A stretch of 64,000 nucleotides of DNA, from the NCBI GenBank assembly GCA_043824495.1, contig JBDRSV010000024.1, forward strand, positions 32,001 through 96,000, read 5' to 3'. The DNA comes from Candidatus Aenigmatarchaeota archaeon. Lineage in GTDB: Archaea > Aenigmatarchaeota > Aenigmatarchaeia > QMZP01. The position numbers and the translations under genes were made by a program. Within the stretch, counting starts at the first letter, position 1. The number at the start of each line of letters is the position of its first letter. Below are positions 27,855 through 38,217 of the stretch, one piece after another. A model generated the notes under the pieces. That model was not told the DNA's origin. It saw only the letters and a program-made list of their open reading frames with translations, and ran no database searches.

Positions 27855-29078
27855 TTAACACACCGTGTATCCTATATCTGTTAGATTATATTTACTTGCA
27901 AACGCTGCATTGAGTCTAAACCAATCAGGTAATCCTCTAAATTGTAGACATCCATCATTTGATGCATCCTCAAAGTATAGGTAAGATACTGATATCTGAT
28001 CAGGTTTTGTGTTTGTTGGATAACCCACAGCTTGTAAGTCCGGGATGTTTACGAATGTTTCTAATCCGTTTGTTGATGATGATGTGCTCCCTTCTAATCT
28101 TTCAAGGAAGCTTGGCCCTGTTGTTCCATCAAATGTGGTATAATATCCTTGTTCAAGTGCTTCTTCAATTGGTAGTGACCAGACTCCAGTGTACTGATCT
28201 AAATATACTGTCTTATAATTAGTTGAATTCACAGTATTATTAATTATGTCTATGGCATTTGTTGCACCTACGACATAGCAGTCTATACCGACTGGTAGAT
28301 CATTTGTTTCTCCTATAATACCACCGAAATTGCCTACAATAGCTGACGCGTCTGTTGTAACTAAAATATTATCAGCACTCTCATCTGAAGAATCTGTTGT
28401 TATATTGCCTGTACAGTTCTCATTTCTGAGTGTACCAGAAACCAGCTTCATGACATGATATGGATAAGGATGTGCTTTCACTTTTCTCACAACACCACTA
28501 CCATTAACAGCGAAAATAGGATCATCAAAACCTTCTGTGGATATTAGAATTGCTTTACTTGTGTTTCTCTCTATTCTGGATTTATTTGTTTTATCAGAAA
28601 CATTTGAGTAGAAGTTTATTGTTGCTACTATATTGAGACCGTTGTAATTGTATATAGTCAAATTAGAAGAGTTTAGATATTTATTGAATCCAATTCCGAC
28701 GCCCAGTATTCTATCTTTCCAATTGACGATTGTATTGTTGAATAATAATAAATCGAATTCTCCATCAAAACTTCCGTTATTCATAAGCTCTTTAATACGG
28801 TTCGGTGTTTCACCTGTTGGTATGAAAGTTCCGTTAGTTAGAACTCTGTTAAGAGCTGATAATAAAGCTCTCTTACCTGAAATTTCTAATGCTCTTTCGA
28901 AATCACTTTCTATTATTTTCTGTGATTGTCTTACTTGGTCAGAAACTATTTTGTCTACAACACCAACATTCATATCTTCAAGAGAGTTGATGTAAACTAT
29001 AATGAATAATAAAAGCGGTATGACTATCAAAACAGAAATAAGTGAATATATCTGACCTTTCTGGTATTTTATATCCAT
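27855..29078 (-). CDS. Pilin-like exported protein (class III-like signal peptide)
   Basis: YQKGQ/IYSLISVLIVIPLLLFII; many N-x-S/T sequons. Confidence 0.6.
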   Translation of the reverse strand: MDIKYQKGQIYSLISVLIVIPLLLFIIVYINSLEDMNVGVVDKIVSDQVRQSQKIIESDFERALEISGKRALLSALNRVLTNGTFIPTGETPNRIKELMNNGSFDGEFDLLLFNNTIVNWKDRILGVGIGFNKYLNSSNLTIYNYNGLNIVATINFYSNVSDKTNKSRIERNTSKAILISTEGFDDPIFAVNGSGVVRKVKAHPYPYHVMKLVSGTLRNENCTGNITTDSSDESADNILVTTDASAIVGNFGGIIGETNDLPVGIDCYVVGATNAIDIINNTVNSTNYKTVYLDQYTGVWSLPIEEALEQGYYTTFDGTTGPSFLERLEGSTSSSTNGLETFVNIPDLQAVGYPTNTKPDQISVSYLYFEDASNDGCLQFRGLPDWFRLNAAFASKYNLTDIGYTVC

Positions 29079-32000
29079 ATTCTAATCTCCAATTCAGATG
29101 GTCCCCATAGAGAAGGTATGCCACCTATTGAGCTTGAATCAAAGTTAACTTCTTCTGTGATTTGCAAATCTATTGGATTTGTGTCATTCAATCCGTCGTA
29201 TGGATCTCCGATTGTACCATCACCATAACTGTTTATGTTTTTATCAAAAATGAAGTTCAAGTTATTTAGAAGACGCATGAAAGCATCATCTACAGAGTCG
29301 TTCTGTGGATCAAAAATGTCTGTTGGATCTGCTCCTACAGCTACATTAGATGAACCATCTACAATATCATCTCCATTGAAATCATAATACACGGTTACAG
29401 TGCTCCCCTTACCTTTAGGGAACACATCGCTATAGCCTTGGAGATTGATATTCCCTATTCTTAGTGTGTAAATAACTCTAGCATCTGGAGAACCTCCAGT
29501 CCCATTGTCCGGACTAACTCCAGTACCTAATCTAACAGAATTATTTTCTCCAACACCTAAATATTCAGGAGGAATCTGAACTATGTACGGATCTCCTAAT
29601 CCTAAATACTCGTCAGAATAATTTCCTAACCAATAGACAAGATTCCAATTATCATCGCTTTCGTTTTTTACGTATAACCTATCTGTCCAATATTCAGATG
29701 AGTAAGAAGTTATTTTAGAGTCTATAACTTTAGTGAAGTTTGGGACAAAGAACCATCCTTCTTTTGTTGTTGTTGTATTATTTGTTATAGTGGCAGAACC
29801 AGTTGAGATTGAAAGCCTTGGCATTTCAAATGTTAATGTGGCTTCTCCATATTCAGGAGGCTCAATGGTAGTTACGTAATCAAAATTTATGAAAGAATCA
29901 TTAAACAATGTGCTGTTTATGGATGCGTTTCCAGAAATATTTAATATCTGAGCAACAAAGGATGCTTCTACTATGTCTTGAGCAATTCTTTTATAGATTT
30001 CTTGTAAGTCGTCTGCATTACTACTATTGAAAAATCTATTACAGTTAGGAATCCAGTCATCGGCTTCACAGTCCCAGCAAGCTGTTTTATTTAATGTGTC
30101 AACGTCTGCTGTTGCACCAAATGCTACTGCATAAACTGTGATATTAAATTCGTCCCTAGCTTCACATGCTCTTGCAATTGCATCAGCTGAAGCTACCGCA
30201 TTCGCACATGAAGATCCTGGTATACATACATTTGCTTGACCATCACTCATAACAAGCATTGACTTGAATCGACTTCTAGTTATGTTCATTTCTAAATCAA
30301 ATTTAGCTGACTCTGCGTCATCGTTCTTCAGTTTAACTGCAACTACATTATCCCCTGTGTAGAAGTATGGTGTGCCTCCAGGAAGCTGCGCTGCAGGAAC
30401 ATTATACACAATTACCTGTTCAAATACAGAAACATTGTCCAATAAGAATGTATCAGAACTTTCTGCATCTATTGCGTTTGATCTAAACCTTATCTTAAAG
30501 TCATCTACATGGTTGAATATATTCAAATTCACAATCTCACGGTAATAGTCTCCTGAATTAGTTGTGTGATCTCCATTGTTTCCTGTATGTGTTCTTACTT
30601 CTGTGTGCCATGCACCATCGTAAACATCTAGATAACCATATTCTCCAGTTTCAAGATCTTCTACTCTCCAGTAATATTCAAGTATAGCACTTGTGATATT
30701 CGATATGTTTATCTCTTTTTCTATCCACATTTCATTAGGACTAGATCCGTCTCCATAGAATTTAACAACATTAGTTCCTGACAGAGCTTCAGATTGGCTT
30801 ACAGTAACCACTCCACCATCATTTGTAGAGTCAACTGTCCAACCACTCAGTGGACTCGAGCTGCCTCCCTGACCAAGAGTGATGTAATCAGCTCTACAGT
30901 AAGTACTGCCACTAGTTCTGTCGCATTCCAAAGTGATTTCTTCACCGTTATTTACAACTATATTTTGAATTGTTCTGTCTGTCCAAGATTGTGTTAATTC
31001 ATTGGCAAACCAGTTGTCCACTTCAACATCATCTACATAAACTCTCCACTCGTCGTGTGGAGCAGAGCTGTCACTTTCTGGACAATACCTAACTGTGATA
31101 TTATAAGTTCCATCTGTTCTAGAATAAGTCATTGTAGCATTGGAAAAGTCTGTAGTAGCGCCTTCGTGTCTGATGCATGTGCCTGATGGTCCAGAACAAG
31201 CACAGCTGCTTGTAGTTGCGAAACCATCAACATAGCTGAATTCTCCTGTATCTTCTGTTTCCACTAGATAAGAAACACTATCATTTTCAAATCCATCAAA
31301 GAATATCAGGTTTGGTCTGTTCCAATAAGTTCCATTGTATTCATTTGTATCGTTTTCTATCAAATGTCCATTCAAATATAATTCCACTGCATCATCTGCC
31401 ATTATAAAGAATTGTGCAGATTCTACAGTGCTTACATCATTTACGTCAAAATGTTTTCTCAAGAAATATGAACCTCCATTATTTCCCGTGTTTGTGTCTA
31501 TGTTAGGAAGATAATCATAACCCACAGATTCGAATCCTAGTATGGCATCACCACTCTGCCAGAATGTATCATTGTATGATTTGTTTGTCCATTCACTTGC
31601 GTTTTCCACAGGAGGTTCAGAATCCGGATAACTCGTGTTGTATAACCAAGTTGTACTTCTATTTATAGCAGAATAAATCAGAGTCTCATCTCTTAATCTT
31701 CTCGTTGCATCGAAAATGCCACACGCAATACATGTTGAACCGCATGTAGAATCATATGTGTTTATGTCAGTTTGTAGAGAAACAATATCAGAACTGAAGT
31801 CATGGCTTCCACAGCTTAAATCACTACCATAAGTAACTAGACTAACTCTGTTGCCTGTTTTATTTTCTAAAACAGACTCTACAAAATCGGTGTCAGCATC
31901 CCTCACAACATTGATCCTCTCCCTGTTACATGGAGCAGGAGCTCCACAATCACATGGTCCTAATGGAGAAGAAACATCACATATACCCATACTTCCTGAT

Positions 32001-33226
32001 CTATCTGTTATTAACACAGCATCAGTTGAACCCAATCCTTCTTCAGATGAGAATTCTTCTGTACCGAATCTTAAAGGAATTGTAACCTCATTCATGTTAG
32101 AGAAATTCAATATGGTTTCTAGATATGTTGTATTTAGTGTTATTCTCTGTTCACTGAGATTATTACTCCTCCATATTTCAGTGTCTCCTATTCTAGTGAA
32201 TACTGCGACACCTGTTTGATTTACACTTATGTTGCTTGTGTAATGTAAATATATTGTTAAGTTGCTTAGGTTACCTGGAACATAGAAAGAACTGAAAAGA
32301 TTGATTATACCTTCTATACCAGGGAACCAATATCTATTTGTTGCATTTGATCCGAATTTAGAATCTGGTTCTGTTATGAGTTGTGATGTGTTGTACGTAA
32401 TTTTTATGTAACCGCCACCAATGAAGTTGCTTTTGTTCTTAGGGAATTGTATACTTAATGTGCTATTTGAGTTTTGATTGAAATTGGTGAAATAAGCAGA
32501 ATCCATTTCCCATTTATCTGCTGTTAGGTTCCCAATAGAATTATTTTCATAGAAGCCTGAATAAATACCATTTACATATAGAGTGAAATTGTTACCAGCA
32601 TCTAACTCTAAAGACACGTTTACTAGATTATCATAAGAAGGAAGTTCAACTATTCTGGTTATGTTACCGTCACCTACATATCCACCAAAATATACATATT
32701 TGGAACCTATCTTACCTACTTTGGTTAAGAAAACTCTGGAAACAAATCCGGATACGGGCTCACCTACATCAAAACCAGAAACTATTGTAGAAAACCTAGA
32801 GAAGTATTTTCCTTTACTTGTGCCATTCCTGTATATACTCTCATTATTTATCAGTATTTCATAACCCACTCTACTATTACTAAACAGGTTGCCTAGGACA
32901 TCTTTTGTTATGTTCTGAGCTTCTGTTATATTCCCTGTGGACCATAGAGCACCTACGATATCAAGAAGTGTTTTATCGAGATCATCTTCAACTAAATCAC
33001 CAGTGGATAAATAATATTGAATAGAAGAGAAATCTTGTAAATCACCAATTTCTACTTGTCCCATGACATTAATTACATCCTTACCTGTGTAGTATAATCT
33101 CTGATAACCAAGTTCAGGAGAAGAGTAAGTGAAAGATAGTCCTGTGAGGAATAGAGCAACAAGTACGAGTAAACTTGCAGCTACCATAGCATCTAAAGAT
33201 AGTAGAAAACCTCTTCTCATTACCAT
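29069..33226 (-). CDS. Large pilus-associated adhesin-like protein with vWA domain
   Basis: RRG/FLLSLDAMVA class III-like N-terminus; MIDAS LITDRSGS (~31991-32005), TCIACGI, MLVMSDGQAN (~30245). Confidence 0.75.
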   Translation of the reverse strand: MVMRRGFLLSLDAMVAASLLVLVALFLTGLSFTYSSPELGYQRLYYTGKDVINVMGQVEIGDLQDFSSIQYYLSTGDLVEDDLDKTLLDIVGALWSTGNITEAQNITKDVLGNLFSNSRVGYEILINNESIYRNGTSKGKYFSRFSTIVSGFDVGEPVSGFVSRVFLTKVGKIGSKYVYFGGYVGDGNITRIVELPSYDNLVNVSLELDAGNNFTLYVNGIYSGFYENNSIGNLTADKWEMDSAYFTNFNQNSNSTLSIQFPKNKSNFIGGGYIKITYNTSQLITEPDSKFGSNATNRYWFPGIEGIINLFSSFYVPGNLSNLTIYLHYTSNISVNQTGVAVFTRIGDTEIWRSNNLSEQRITLNTTYLETILNFSNMNEVTIPLRFGTEEFSSEEGLGSTDAVLITDRSGSMGICDVSSPLGPCDCGAPAPCNRERINVVRDADTDFVESVLENKTGNRVSLVTYGSDLSCGSHDFSSDIVSLQTDINTYDSTCGSTCIACGIFDATRRLRDETLIYSAINRSTTWLYNTSYPDSEPPVENASEWTNKSYNDTFWQSGDAILGFESVGYDYLPNIDTNTGNNGGSYFLRKHFDVNDVSTVESAQFFIMADDAVELYLNGHLIENDTNEYNGTYWNRPNLIFFDGFENDSVSYLVETEDTGEFSYVDGFATTSSCACSGPSGTCIRHEGATTDFSNATMTYSRTDGTYNITVRYCPESDSSAPHDEWRVYVDDVEVDNWFANELTQSWTDRTIQNIVVNNGEEITLECDRTSGSTYCRADYITLGQGGSSSPLSGWTVDSTNDGGVVTVSQSEALSGTNVVKFYGDGSSPNEMWIEKEINISNITSAILEYYWRVEDLETGEYGYLDVYDGAWHTEVRTHTGNNGDHTTNSGDYYREIVNLNIFNHVDDFKIRFRSNAIDAESSDTFLLDNVSVFEQVIVYNVPAAQLPGGTPYFYTGDNVVAVKLKNDDAESAKFDLEMNITRSRFKSMLVMSDGQANVCIPGSSCANAVASADAIARACEARDEFNITVYAVAFGATADVDTLNKTACWDCEADDWIPNCNRFFNSSNADDLQEIYKRIAQDIVEASFVAQILNISGNASINSTLFNDSFINFDYVTTIEPPEYGEATLTFEMPRLSISTGSATITNNTTTTKEGWFFVPNFTKVIDSKITSYSSEYWTDRLYVKNESDDNWNLVYWLGNYSDEYLGLGDPYIVQIPPEYLGVGENNSVRLGTGVSPDNGTGGSPDARVIYTLRIGNINLQGYSDVFPKGKGSTVTVYYDFNGDDIVDGSSNVAVGADPTDIFDPQNDSVDDAFMRLLNNLNFIFDKNINSYGDGTIGDPYDGLNDTNPIDLQITEEVNFDSSSIGGIPSLWGPSELEIRIWI

Positions 33227-33260
33227 TTAATATATTATTCTAGTTAACAGAATATTAAGT

Positions 33261-33665
33261 ATGTATATAATGAGGAAACGATCCAAGGCACAATCAGCAG
33301 CTGAATTTATGATTATTTTCATGATGCTGATAATTGTTCTTAGTCTTGCTGCTTGGATAAGTTCCACGAAAACTCAAGAAGTGAACACAATCAAAACTAA
33401 TAGAGATGTAGGTGTAGTTTTGAATGTGATAGTATCTAAAATAGATACAGCCTTTCTAGAGGGCGACGGCTTTTCCACCGATATGTATTTACCCGCAAAC
33501 ATAACATCGGTAGATTATACTGTGCAAATAGTGCAAAACCAGGTACTTATAACTCATAGAGGACTTACATATTCAAAGAGATTGCTTACAGATGACGTTC
33601 AAGGGAGCACTTCTAAGGGTTTCAACATGATTAGAAATGTGGATGGGACGGTGATTATATCATGA
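33261..33665 (+). CDS. Class III signal peptide (pilin-like) protein
   Basis: RSKAQ/SAAEFMIIFMMLIIVL. Confidence 0.75.
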   Translation: MYIMRKRSKAQSAAEFMIIFMMLIIVLSLAAWISSTKTQEVNTIKTNRDVGVVLNVIVSKIDTAFLEGDGFSTDMYLPANITSVDYTVQIVQNQVLITHRGLTYSKRLLTDDVQGSTSKGFNMIRNVDGTVIIS

Positions 33666-34147
33666 GGGGTCAACTCTGGTCTACTGATTTCATAGTTTCT
33701 GCAACAATGTTCTTCACCGTGTTATTCTTAGTAATCTTTGTTTGGAATTATACAAACACCCAAGGACGTGAGAGATTAGAATTTAACAGTATAGAGACTC
33801 TAGCTTTGACAGTTTCTGATGCCATAATAAGAACACCTGGTTTACCTGAAGATTGGAATGCAAGCAACGTGCGTGTTTTGGGAATAGCGTCGGATGATAA
33901 TGTTCTCAACTCGACTAAAGTTCTCAGATTCGTCAATCTCCCCTATTCTAACTCTAGAGCTCTGATTAGTCAGAAGTATCAATTTTATTTTGAATTAAGA
34001 AATACAACAGGAGAAATAATAGAAAATTCTGGGACAAACCTAACAACCGGTGTGTATCCATTTGATCCAAGTATCGTTGTACCGATCGATAGGTTTGTTG
34101 TTTATGAAGATAAAATAGCAACAATGAAATTAATCGTCTGGAGCTAG
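33662..34147 (+). CDS. Class III signal peptide (pilin-like) protein
   Basis: MRGQ/LWSTDFIVSATMFFTVLFLV; TPGLPEDWN; 4-bp overlap with the upstream gene. Confidence 0.72.
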   Translation: MRGQLWSTDFIVSATMFFTVLFLVIFVWNYTNTQGRERLEFNSIETLALTVSDAIIRTPGLPEDWNASNVRVLGIASDDNVLNSTKVLRFVNLPYSNSRALISQKYQFYFELRNTTGEIIENSGTNLTTGVYPFDPSIVVPIDRFVVYEDKIATMKLIVWS

Positions 34148-34148
34148 T

Positions 34149-34334
34149 TTATTTCTTCTTTTTCTTCTTGTTTACTGTGAATTCAATTTCGCCCTTTAGG
34201 CTTATTGATGTATCAGCGATATCGAATTCTACTCCGTCAAGATTTAGCGTTGCTGTGACTTCCTTTCCTTCTGCAATTTCTATTAGTTTAAAAATAAGTC
34301 CACTATTTTTTACCAAGAGTTCTTCTAGGCCCAT
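34149..34334 (-). CDS. Small hypothetical protein
   Basis: 61-aa ORF filling the gap, preceded by GAGGTATGAT SD-like sequence. Confidence 0.55.
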   Translation of the reverse strand: MGLEELLVKNSGLIFKLIEIAEGKEVTATLNLDGVEFDIADTSISLKGEIEFTVNKKKKKK

Positions 34335-34386
34335 ATCATACCTCCAGTTTTGATATTTATTAATGGATATTGAAATATAAAACTAT

Positions 34387-35679
34387 ATGGTAGTTGAGAA
34401 GATAATAATTGGAAGAAGCAAATCCGACCTTAAAGAATATGGTGATGAGGGTACTGTTTTCATAGGAAAACACATAGTTGGCGAAGGAGAGGAATCGCAT
34501 CTCACAAACCCTATTCATATGGATGTTTCAAGACCTCATGTTGTTCTAATAAGTGGTAAAAGAGGATCTGGTAAAAGCTATACATCGACTGTTATAGCAG
34601 AAGAGATAACAAATCTCCCAAAAAAGATAAGACAAAACATATCAGTTCTAATGCTTGATACTATGGGTATTTTCTGGTCAATGCAGAATCCTAATGAAAG
34701 AGATAGAGAACTTCTAGAGGAGTGGGGACTAAAACCAGAAGGAACAAAAGTGAAGTTCTTTGCACCAAAAGGGTTTGTCAAAGAATATGAAAAGTTTGGA
34801 ATCAAAGTTGATGCTCCAATAATTCTACAGACCAGTGATCTTAGTGCTAGTGATTGGATAATCACGTTCGGTTTTGATGTAATAGATTCTAATGGAATCG
34901 CAATAGAGAAAGTTGTTAAAAATGTAAAAAAAAGATTCGGTGAAGACTATTCTATTGATGATATAATAGAAGAAATTAAAAATTATGATGGTGAAGATAA
35001 AACAAAAAGAGTGCTTACAAATAGGTTTTCAACAGCTAAAGACTGGGGAATATTTGAGAAAACGGGAACGTCAATATCGTCAATATTCCAGAGAGGAGTA
35101 GTTTCCATAGTTGACATATCACATTTTGAGAGAACTGGTTCAGGATGGTCTGTAAGAGCTATGCTTACTGGTTTGTTAGCCAGGAAAATATTTCAACAGA
35201 GATTGATGTCAAGGAAAGCAGAAGAATTCGAGATTCTTAGCGGAGAAAAACATGATACAATCCCAATGGTTTGGATAATGATAGATGAAGCTCATCAGTT
35301 TATACCACACGAAGGTAAAACCGCAGCAACAGAGCCTTTGCTCACCTTAATCAAAGAAGGCAGAGAGCCTGGGATATCCCTAGTTCTAATCACACAAATG
35401 CCTAATAGACTGAATCCAGACGCATTAGCACAAGCAGATCTAGTTATTTCGCATAGATTAACATCTAAAGAAGACATAGAAGCTCTCAAAACAGTCATGC
35501 AAACATACATGATAAAGGACATATCACAGTATCTAAAACAACTACCAAAGACACCGGGGTCAGCTATAGTCCTTGATGATAATTCAGAAAGAATATTCCC
35601 AATACAAATCAGACCGCGTCTAAGCTGGCATGCTGGTGGATCCCCATCAGCAATTAAGAAGAAGAGCTTGTTTGACTAG
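34387..35679 (+). CDS. HerA/FtsK-superfamily ATPase (DUF87-type)
   Basis: PHVVLISGKRGSGKSYT Walker A; IMIDEAHQF Walker B; KEGREPGISLVLITQ. Confidence 0.88.
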   Translation: MVVEKIIIGRSKSDLKEYGDEGTVFIGKHIVGEGEESHLTNPIHMDVSRPHVVLISGKRGSGKSYTSTVIAEEITNLPKKIRQNISVLMLDTMGIFWSMQNPNERDRELLEEWGLKPEGTKVKFFAPKGFVKEYEKFGIKVDAPIILQTSDLSASDWIITFGFDVIDSNGIAIEKVVKNVKKRFGEDYSIDDIIEEIKNYDGEDKTKRVLTNRFSTAKDWGIFEKTGTSISSIFQRGVVSIVDISHFERTGSGWSVRAMLTGLLARKIFQQRLMSRKAEEFEILSGEKHDTIPMVWIMIDEAHQFIPHEGKTAATEPLLTLIKEGREPGISLVLITQMPNRLNPDALAQADLVISHRLTSKEDIEALKTVMQTYMIKDISQYLKQLPKTPGSAIVLDDNSERIFPIQIRPRLSWHAGGSPSAIKKKSLFD

Positions 35680-35708
35680 TTTTTAAATCCTTTTTGTGAA
35701 AATTAAAT

Positions 35709-37028
35709 ATGAAATATCAAACAGGGGAAGATTTTAGAGTAACGAGTAGCATAGACACTTCTGAGTTTGGAGATTTTGAAGTAGTTTCTGTTCTAGCTGA
35801 TGTTAGAAAATCTAACAAACCAGTAGCATTCGAGTGTGGTGTTGGAGGTAGTGTGGCCACATCCCCTAAAGTAAAAGATGGGAAGGTTTTCTTTGGTTCC
35901 AATGATAAAAATTTCTATGCAGTTGATGCTGTAACAGGAAGGGAAGTCTGGAGATTCGAAACAGGTGATCCAATCATGTGTTCTCCAGATATATCCAAAG
36001 ATAAGATTTATTTTGGTTCATTTGACAAGAATGTATACTGCTTAGATTTGAATGGTAATTTTATTTGGAAATTCCCAACGAATGGGAGACTAATAGCTAA
36101 ACCAGAAATTGTAGATAACAGAGTTTATGTAGGTTCAGAAGACGGTTCATTTTATTGCTTAGATGCTGAAACAGGAGAAGAAATGTGGAAATTTGATACA
36201 AACGGATCAATTTCATATGCAAATTATTATGATGGAAAAATATTCTTTGGTTCTGGAGACTTCAATTTTTATTGTTTGTCTAAAAACGGAGAGGAGATAT
36301 GGAGATTCAAAACAGGCAATGACATCATCTGGAACTGTGTTATTGTAGATGGTATAATATACTTTGCTTCCTTTGATTGTAATTTGTATGCAGTTGACAT
36401 GAAGGGAAATTTGATTTGGAAACTGCCTTTCAATGAACCTGTAAACAGTATGATTGTTTATTCTGATGGTGTTCTATATATGGGATCGCGAAACTTCAAG
36501 ACATATGCCATTACAACTGATGGAAAAATATTGTGGTCTTACGAAACAACCAATATTCATGGATCTGGTATAACAGTAAAAGGCGATGTTGTATATTGTG
36601 CAAGTTGTGATAATCTCATGTATGCACATGACAAAAAAACGGGAGAACTGTTGTGGAAATTTGCTGCAGATGCTCCTATAGCGCACACAGCACCTGCCAT
36701 ATACGAAGGTAAAATATATTTCGGTTCATGGGATTGTCATTTGTATTGCGTAGATCTGAAAGGCGAATTGATTTGGAAATTCGCAACAAGCTTAAGCTAT
36801 ATGGCACCTGTTGACATGGAATCAATAAAGAGCAAAGAAAAATCACTAGAAATTGTTTGGAATCTAGAACCAATGAGAGATACGGAAGAGGATGAATATA
36901 AAGAGAAAACCCAAGAAATCCTCGGTGGATATACAATACAGAACAAGTATGTTCAGGATTCTGAATACACTTCTCATGACATTCGAACATTCACTACAGG
37001 AAAAGTTAAGAGAAAATATCAGAAGTAA
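35709..37028 (+). CDS. PQQ-like beta-propeller repeat protein
   Basis: About eight ~40-aa repeats of the type IYFGSxDxxxYxLDxxGxxxWKF; charged C-terminal tail. Confidence 0.85.
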   Translation: MKYQTGEDFRVTSSIDTSEFGDFEVVSVLADVRKSNKPVAFECGVGGSVATSPKVKDGKVFFGSNDKNFYAVDAVTGREVWRFETGDPIMCSPDISKDKIYFGSFDKNVYCLDLNGNFIWKFPTNGRLIAKPEIVDNRVYVGSEDGSFYCLDAETGEEMWKFDTNGSISYANYYDGKIFFGSGDFNFYCLSKNGEEIWRFKTGNDIIWNCVIVDGIIYFASFDCNLYAVDMKGNLIWKLPFNEPVNSMIVYSDGVLYMGSRNFKTYAITTDGKILWSYETTNIHGSGITVKGDVVYCASCDNLMYAHDKKTGELLWKFAADAPIAHTAPAIYEGKIYFGSWDCHLYCVDLKGELIWKFATSLSYMAPVDMESIKSKEKSLEIVWNLEPMRDTEEDEYKEKTQEILGGYTIQNKYVQDSEYTSHDIRTFTTGKVKRKYQK

Positions 37029-37060
37029 CACTTTTATCCCTCATTGTCCAAAATATAAAT

Positions 37061-37531
37061 ATGGCAATTGTTGCAGGTCTAGTAGAAGCTGAAATTGTTT
37101 TCAAAGTTGTTTTTGCTGCAGCAATGGGTATAATCATAGGACTTGAAAGAGAAATAGACATGAAGCCTGCTGGTTTAAGAACACATTCTCTTGTTTGTAT
37201 GGGTTCCGCATTATTTGCTGCCATATCTATTGCTTTTGTAGGTCCTACTGTAGATCCAACTAGAATAGCTTCAGGCATTGTAACAGGAATTGGTTTCTTA
37301 GGTGCAGGTGCAATATTTGTTGCCAGAGATAAAATAAAGGGTCTTACAACAGCAGCTGATTTATGGGTTTTAGCTGGTGTTGGACTTGCTGTTGGTGTTG
37401 GTTTGTATTATGTAGCTCTTGTAACTACTCTAGTAGTTTATTTCACACTGAGTTTGGGTAGATACCTAAAAGAATCAGAAAAACATAATAAAGTCTGGTT
37501 CGCCAAAAAGAGAAAAGAGCGTGGAAAATAA
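37061..37531 (+). CDS. MgtC/SapB family membrane protein
   Basis: GLERE..KPAGLRTHSLV, DPTRIASGIVTGIGFLGAGAI. Confidence 0.93.
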   Translation: MAIVAGLVEAEIVFKVVFAAAMGIIIGLEREIDMKPAGLRTHSLVCMGSALFAAISIAFVGPTVDPTRIASGIVTGIGFLGAGAIFVARDKIKGLTTAADLWVLAGVGLAVGVGLYYVALVTTLVVYFTLSLGRYLKESEKHNKVWFAKKRKERGK

Positions 37532-37894
37532 TTATTCCATCCTGACTTCATTCCATTCCACTTTTTTCTTCTCAACTAAATCCTTTATTTTTTTCTGTTT
37601 TTCAGAAAGTTTAGATCCAGAAGTTTTGAATTCTACAAAAACAATCTTATCATCCTCGAATTGGACACCGTCTATAGGAGTTCCTAGAAATCTGAAATTG
37701 TGTTCGTCATAAGGATAACTCTTCATAAAAGGCATAAACTGTTCAGACATTTTACCATACTTAGATGCGAGGCTTTGTCTTCTAGAAATCAAATCTGTGA
37801 CATTCTGGCGAAGAGTTCTGTTAGCTCTAACATGATAATAAATTACAAATGCAAGAATGATAATGAAAACACCAAGAATTATTTCTATTTCCAT
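37532..37894 (-). CDS. Membrane-anchored Holliday-junction-resolvase-like (PD-D/ExK) protein
   Basis: N-terminal TM; GKMSEQFMPF...RFLGTPIDGVQF...IVFVEFKT. Confidence 0.8.
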   Translation of the reverse strand: MEIEIILGVFIIILAFVIYYHVRANRTLRQNVTDLISRRQSLASKYGKMSEQFMPFMKSYPYDEHNFRFLGTPIDGVQFEDDKIVFVEFKTSGSKLSEKQKKIKDLVEKKKVEWNEVRME

Positions 37895-37938
37895 ATGGAG
37901 TTCTTAGATTTTATATTAATTAAATACAATGATTTCTC

Positions 37939-38217
37939 ATGGAAACAAAAAATATAGTCTCTCCTCCAGACAGTAGAAGAATAAAATCAAGAAAGGTTTT
38001 TTTATCTCCTGGAGAAGAGGTCGGTGAGCATGTTACCGAAAAAAGAGAAGAAGTTATAATAGTTCTGAAAGGTAAAGTCACTCTAGAAAAAGAAGATCAA
38101 GAAATTCAATTACATGAAGGCGAATCATACTTCATTTCAGAAGGAGTGAAACATAATGTGAAAAACGAATCAGATGAACCGCTTGAATATGTGTATGTTG
38201 TTAGCTTGCTTGACTAA
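37939..38217 (+). CDS. Cupin domain protein
   Basis: HVTEKREEVIIVLKG and GVKHNVKN cupin motifs. Confidence 0.85.
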   Translation: METKNIVSPPDSRRIKSRKVFLSPGEEVGEHVTEKREEVIIVLKGKVTLEKEDQEIQLHEGESYFISEGVKHNVKNESDEPLEYVYVVSLLD

